Assembly (NCBI RefSeq): GCF_009914755.1
Contig: NC_060934.1
DNA: 64,000 nucleotides
From: the human T2T-CHM13v2.0 reference genome, Homo sapiens
Direction: 5' to 3' (one strand)
The notes beneath the pieces are model-generated. The model saw nothing but the letters and a program-made list of their open reading frames with translations, had not been told where the DNA came from and made no database searches. The translations under genes were made by a program, and so were the position numbers. This document shows, one piece after another, positions 57,691-64,000 of the stretch. Numbering within the stretch: the stretch's first letter is position 1; each line of letters begins with the position of its first letter.

Positions 57691-60600
57691 ATGGAATGGA
57701 ATCAACCAGAGTGGAATGGAATGGAAAGGAATGGAATGGAATGGAAAGGAATGGAAGGGAATGAAATGGAATGGAATGGAATGGAATGGAATCAACCCGA
57801 GTGGAATGGAATGGAATGGACTGTAACAGCATGGAATTGAATGGAATGGACTGGAAACAAACCGAGTGGAATGGAATGAAATGGAAACGAATGGAATGGA
57901 ATCAACCCGAGTGGAATGGAGTGGAATGGAATGGAATGTAATCAACCCGAGTGGAATGGAATGGAATGGATTGGAATGGAATGAACCCGACTGCAACGGA
58001 ATGGAATGGAATGGAAAGGAATGGAATGGAATGAAATGAACACGAGTGGAATGGAATGGAATAGAATGGAATGGGATATAATGGAATGGAATGGAATGGA
58101 ATGGAAGAGAATGGAATGGAATCAACCTGAGTGGAAAGGAATGGAATGGAAAGGAATAGAATTGAATGGAAAGGAATGGAATGCAATGGAATGCAATGGT
58201 ATGGAATGGAGTCAACCCGAGTGGAATGGAATGGAATGGAATCGAATGCAATGGAATGGAATGGAATGCTATGGAATGGAGTGGAATGGAATAAACACCA
58301 GTGGAATGGAATGGAATGGAATGGAATGGAATGGAATGGACTAGAATGGAATGGAATGGAATGAAATCCACCCGATTGGAATGGAATCGAATACAATGGA
58401 ATGGATTGGAATCACCTGGATAAGAATGAAATGGAATGGAATGGAATGGAATGGAATGGAATGCAATGGAAAGGAATGGAATGAAATCAACCCGAGTGGA
58501 ATGGATTGGAATAGAGTGGAATGGAATGGAAATGCATGGAATGCAATGGAATCAACTAGAATGGAATGGAATGGAATGGAATGGAATGGACAGGAATGGA
58601 ATGGAATGGAATGGAGTGGAATGGACTAGAATGGAATGGAATGGAATGAAATAAACCGGATTGGAATGGAATGGAATGCAATGGAATGGAATGGAATCAA
58701 CTGGAAAGGAATCAAATGGCACGGAATGGAATGGAATGGAATGGAAAGAATGGAATGGAATCAACTCGAGGGGAAAGGAATGGAATGGCATGGAATCGAA
58801 TGGAAAGGAAAGGAATGGAATGCAAAGGAATGCAATGGTATGGAATGGAGTCAACCCGAGTGGAATGGAATGGAATGGAATGGAATGGAATGGAATGGAA
58901 TGCAATGGATTGGAGTGGAATTGAATAAACACTAGTGGAATGGAATGGAATGGAATGGCATGGACAGGAATGGAATGGAATGGAATGGAATGAAATGGAA
59001 TGGAATGGAATGGAATGGAATGAAATGGAATGGAATGGAATGGACTAGAATGGAATGGAATGGAATAAATCAACCAGATTGGAATGGAATGGAATGCAAT
59101 GGAAGGTAATGGAATCAACAGGAAAGGAATGAAGTGGAGTGGAATGGAATGGAATGAAATGGAGTGGAATGGAATGGAATGGAATTAACCCGAGTAGAAT
59201 GCTATGGAATGGAATGAAATGGAATGGAATGAAATCAACCCTAATGGAATGGATTGGAATAAAGTGGAATGGAATGGAATGGCATGGAATGCAATGGAAT
59301 CAACTAGAATGGTATGGAATGGAATGAAATGGACAGGAATGGAATGGAAAGGAATGGAATGGAATGGACTGGAATCGACTAGAATGGAATGGAATGTAAT
59401 GAAATCAACCTGATTGGAATGGAATGGAATGCAATGGAATGGAATGGAATCAACTTGAAAGGAATGAAATGGAATGGAATGGAATGGAATGGAATCAACC
59501 CGAGTGGAATGCAATGGAATGGAATGGAATGGAATGGAATGGAATGGAATGGAATGGAATGGAATCAACTCGAGTGGAATGGATTGAAATGGAGTGGAAT
59601 GGAATGGAACAGCATGGAATGCAATGGAATCAACTAGAATGGAATGGAATGGAAGGGATTGGAATGGAATCGAACGGAATCAACCTGAGTGGAATGGAAT
59701 GGAATGGAATGGAATGAATGGAATGGAAACTAAAGGAATGGAATGGAAAGGAAACAACCCGAGTGGAATGAAATGCAATGGAATGCAATGGAATGGAATG
59801 GAATTCAGTGTAATGGAAACAAACCGAGTGGAATATAATGGAATGAAAAGGACTGGGATGTAATGGAATGGATTGGAATCAACCCGATTACAACGCAACG
59901 GAATGAAATGGAAGGGAATGGAATTCAATGGAAAAGAATGGAATGAACTGGAATGCAATGGAATTTAATGGAATGGAATGGAACGGAATGGAATCAACCC
60001 TAGGGGAGTCGAATGGAATGGAAAGGAAATGAATGGAATGGAATGGAATGGAACGAAATGGAATGACCCCGAGTAGAATGGAATGGAATGGAATGGAATG
60101 GAATCAACCCGAGTGGAATGGAATGGAATGGAATGGAATAAACATGAATGGAATGGAATGGAATGGAATGGAATGGAATGGAATGGAATCAACTCGAGTG
60201 GAATGAAATGTAATGTCATAGAATGGAATGGAATGGAATGGAATGGAATAGAATGGAATGGAATCAACTAGAGTGGAAAGGAATGGAATGGAAAGGAATG
60301 GAATGGAATGGAATGGAATGGAATGGAACGGAATGGAATGGAATAGAATGTAATGGAATCAACTCGAGTGTAAAGGAATGGAATGGAAAGGAATGGAATG
60401 GAAAGGAAAGGAATGGAATGCAATAGATTGCCATGGTATGGAATGGAGTCAACCCGAGTGGATTGGAATGGAACGGAATGGAATGGAATGAAATGGAATG
60501 GAATGGAATGCAACGGAATGGAGTGGAATGGAATAAAAACCAATGGAATGGAATGGAATGGAATGGAATGGACAGGAATGGAATGGAATAGAATCGAATG

Positions 60601-63600
60601 GAATGGAATGGACTAGAATGGAATGTAATGGAATGAAATCAACCCGATTGGAATGGAATGGAATGCAATGGAATGGAATAATCAATTGGAAAGGAATGAA
60701 ATGAATGGAATGGAATGGAATGGAATGCAATGGAATGGAATGGAATCAACTGGAAAGGAATGAAATGAATGGAATGGAATGGAATGGAATGGAATGGAAT
60801 GGAATGGAAAGGAATCAACCCGGGTAGAATGCAATGGAATGGAAAGGAATGGAATGGAATGGAATCAACCCGAGTTGATTGGAAGGGCATGGAATGGAAT
60901 GGAATGGAATGGAATGGAATGGAATGGAATGGAATGGAATGGAATGGAATCAACTCGAGTGGAATGGAATGGAATGGAAAGGAATGGAATGGAATGGAAT
61001 GGAATCAACCCGAGTGGAATGGAATGGAATGGAATAAACACGAGTGGAATGGAATGGATTGGAATGGAATGGAATGGAATGGAATGGAATGGAATGGACT
61101 AGAATGGAATGGAAAGGAAAGGAATGGAATGCAATGAAATGCAATGGTATGGAATGGAGTCAACCCGAGTGGAATGGAATGGAAAGGAATGGAATGAAAT
61201 GGAATGGAATGGAATGCAATGGAATGGAGTGGAATGGAATAATCAACAGTGGAATGGAATGCAATGGAATAGAGTGGAATGGAATAAGCACCAGTGGAAT
61301 GGAATGGAATGGAATGGAATGGAATGGAATGGAATGGAATGGAATGGTCAGGAATGGAATGGAATGGAATGGAATGGAATGGAAAGCACTAGAAGGGAAT
61401 GGAATGGAATGAAATCAACCCGATTGGAATGGAATGGAATGCAATGGAATGGAATGGAATCAGCTGGAAAGGAATCAAAGGTAATGGAATGGAATGGAAT
61501 GGAATGGAATGGAATGGAATGGAATGGAATAGAATGGAATAGAATCAACTCGAGTGGAAAGGAATGGAAAGGAAAGGAATGGAATGGAAAGGAAGCGAAT
61601 GGAATGCAATGGAGTGCAATTGTATGGAATGGATTCAACCCGAGTGGAATGGAATGGAATGGAATGGAATGAAATGGAATGAAATGGAATGGAATGGAAT
61701 GGTATTTAATGGAATGGAGTGGATTGGAATGGAATGGAATGGAATAGACAGGAATGGAATGGAATGGAATGAAAAAAACCCGATTGGAATGGAGTGGAAT
61801 GCAACGGAATGGAATGGAATCAACTGGAAAGGAATGAAATGGAATGGAATGGAATGCAATGGAATGGAATGGAATGGAATCAACCCGAGTGGAATGGATT
61901 GGAATGGATTGGAATGGAATGGAACGGCATGGAATGCTATGGAATCAACTAGAATGGAATGGAATGGAATGGATTGGAAAGGAATCGAACGGAATCAACC
62001 TGAGTGGAATGGAATGGAATTGAATGGAATGGAATGGAATGAAATGAATGGAATGGAACGGAATGGATACTAATGCAATGGAATGGAAAGGAAACAACCC
62101 GAGTGGAATGGAATGCAATGGAATGCAATGGAATGGAATGGAATTCAATGTAATGGAAACAAACCGAGTGGAATGTAGTGAAATGGAAAGCACTGGAATG
62201 TGATGGAATGTATTGGATTCAACCCGATTCCAATGCAACGGAATGGAATGGAATGGAAGGGTATGGAATGGAATGGAAACGAATGGAATGACGTGGAATG
62301 GAATGGATTGGAATGGAATTTAATGGAATGGAATGGAATGGAATGGAATCAACCCGAGTGGAGTGGAATGGAATGGAATGGAAATGAATGGAATGGAATG
62401 GAATGGAATGGAATGGAATGGAATGGAATGGAACGGAACGTAATGCAATGAACCCGAGTGAAACGGAATGGAATGGAATGGAATGGAATGGAATCATCCC
62501 GAGTGGAATGGAATGGAATAGAATGGAATAAAAACGAGTGGAATGAATGGAATGGAATGGAATGGAAAGGAATGGACTAGAATGGAATGGAAAGGAAAGG
62601 AATTTAATGCAATGGAATGGAATGGAGTCAACCCGAGTGGAATGGAATGGAATCGAATGGAATGGAATGGAATGAAATGGAATGGAATGGAATGCAAAGG
62701 AATGGAGTGGAATGGAATAAACACCAGTGGAATGGAATGGAATGGAATGGAATGAAATGGAATGGAATGGAATGCAATGGAATGGAGTGGAACGGAATAA
62801 AAAACAGTGGAATGGAATGCAATGGAATAGAGCTAGAATGGAATAAACACTAGTGGACTGGAATGAAACGGAATGGAATGGACATGAATGGAATGGACAG
62901 GAACGGAATGGAATGGAAAGGCTAGAATGGAATGGAATGGAATGAAATCAACCCGACTGGAATGGAATGGAATGCAATGGAATGGAATGGAATCAACTGG
63001 AAAGGAATCAAAGGGAACGGAATGGTATGGAATGGAATGGAATGGAATGGAATGGAATGGAATGGAATAGAATGGAATAGAATCAACTCGAGTGGAAAGG
63101 AATGGAATGGAAAGGAATGGAATGGAAAGGAAACGAATGGAATGCAATGGAATGCAATGGTATGGAATGGAGTCAACCCGAGTGGAATGGAATGGAATGT
63201 AATGGAATGAAATGGAATGTAATGGAATGAAATGGAATGGAATGGAATGAAATGGAATGGAATGGAATGAAATGGAATGGAATGGAATGCAATGGAAAGG
63301 AGTGGAATGGAATAAACACCAGTGGAATGGAATGCAATGGAATGGAGGGGAATGGAAAGAAATGGAATGGAATGGAATGGAATGGATTGGAATGGAGAGG
63401 AATGGAATGGAATGGAATGGAATGGATTGGAATCGAATGGAATGGGCTAGAATGGAATGGAATGGAATTAAATCAACCCGATTGGAATGGAATGGAATGC
63501 AATGGAATGGAAGGGAATCAACAGGAAAGGAACGAAATGGAATCGAATGGAATGCAATGGAATGGAATGGAATAGAATGGAATCAACCCGGGTGGAATGG

Positions 63601-64000
63601 ATTGGAATGGAGTAGAACGGAATGGAACGGCATGCAATGCAATGGAATCAACTAGAATGGAATGGAATGGAATCGAACGGAATCAACCTGAGTGGAATGG
63701 AATGGAATGGAATGAATGGAATGGAATGGAACGGATACTAATGGAATGGAATGGAAAGGAAACAACCCGAGTGGAATGGAATGCAATGGAATGCAATGGA
63801 GAGGAGTGGAATGGAATGGAATGGAATGGAATGGAATGGAATTCAATGTAATGGAAACAAACCGAGTGGAATGTAATGGAATGGAAAGGACTGCAATGTA
63901 ATGGAATGGATTGGAATCAACCCGATTCCAATGAAACCGAATGGAATGGAATGGAATGGAATGGAAGGGAATGGAATGGCATGGAAAGGAATGGAATGAA

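Larger units (their letters stand above)
1..64000 (+). repeat. Satellite III (HSat3)-type pericentromeric satellite array: diverged (GGAAT)n with interspersed CAACCCGAGT/CAACCCGATT decamers; purine-rich strand is +
   Basis: GGAAT pentamer dominates from base 1 to 64000, with single-base variants (GCAAT, GGAAA, GAAAT, GGAGT, GTAAT, GGATT). The ATCAACCCGAGT motif recurs every ~50-300 bp. This matches the established Satellite III consensus CAACCCGA(G/A)T(GGAAT)n. No break or strand switch was seen. Confidence 0.98.

Noticed and set aside
60891-60950. Pure (GGAAT)n run as a pathogenic-type repeat expansion
   Set aside because: The longest perfect runs I saw are about 12 units, ordinary for this satellite and embedded in the array rather than in a gene.
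107-63901. Hundreds of ORFs (60-451 aa) in the six-frame track
   Set aside because: Pure GGAAT/ATTCC repeats contain no stop codon in any frame, so long ORFs are expected. All three frames give the same pentapeptide. Many minus-strand ORFs end in HSG because the decamer reads TCG GGT TGA. There is no domain, codon structure or unique sequence.
1-64000. CRISPR-like pattern of a conserved decamer separated by variable intervals
   Set aside because: The intervals are GGAAT repeats of irregular length, not unique spacers. The repeat is only ~10 bp, and there are no cas genes or leader.
1-64000. Telomeric, alpha-satellite or HSat2 identity
   Set aside because: No TTAGGG arrays, no 171 bp monomer or CENP-B box, and no dominant CATTCGATTC/GATGAT 23-26 bp HSat2 pattern. 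The CAACCCGAGT decamer points to Satellite III.
1-64000. Strand inversion or embedded non-satellite island
   Set aside because: I scanned for ATTCC-rich segments on + and for unique sequence and found none. The longest atypical stretches are only ~15-40 bp.
1-64000. Assignment to a specific chromosome, HSat3 subfamily or species
   Set aside because: This needs a k-mer or alignment search against complete assemblies. The sequence alone supports only a human/great-ape type Satellite III call.
1-64000. A previously undescribed gene-based biological system
   Set aside because: Nothing in the sequence supports one. All structure seen is explained by satellite duplication, slippage and recombination.

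Overview
The whole 64 kb is one uninterrupted, single-orientation array of classical primate/human Satellite III (HSat3). It consists of diverged (GGAAT)n pentamers punctuated by the diagnostic CAACCCGAGT/CAACCCGATT decamer and its variants. I see no genes, RNA genes, transposon insertions, inversions or CRISPR arrays. Every ORF in the track is a translation artefact of the pentamer (MEWNG repeats on +, HSIPF repeats on -). I cannot support a new gene-based biological system here. The real information is in the nested repeat architecture, read from rare landmark variants. (1) An ordered ~1-2 kb module of landmark motifs recurs throughout. (2) A very young ~11.8 kb tandem duplication (~18.1-29.9 kb / ~29.9-41.7 kb) has a central junction block that is a readable chimera of the two flanking paralogs, the signature of unequal crossover. 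(3) There are nested 2.2 kb, 0.9 kb, ~1.9 kb and 50-300 bp duplications. (4) Dispersed paralogous blocks lie at offsets of about 4.3, 6.2, 10.1, 27.4, 38.3 and 62.6 kb. (5) Pentamer register shifts are almost all -1. Block boundaries were estimated by eye and are approximate (tens to ~100 bp). Species, chromosome and subfamily cannot be fixed without a database search.
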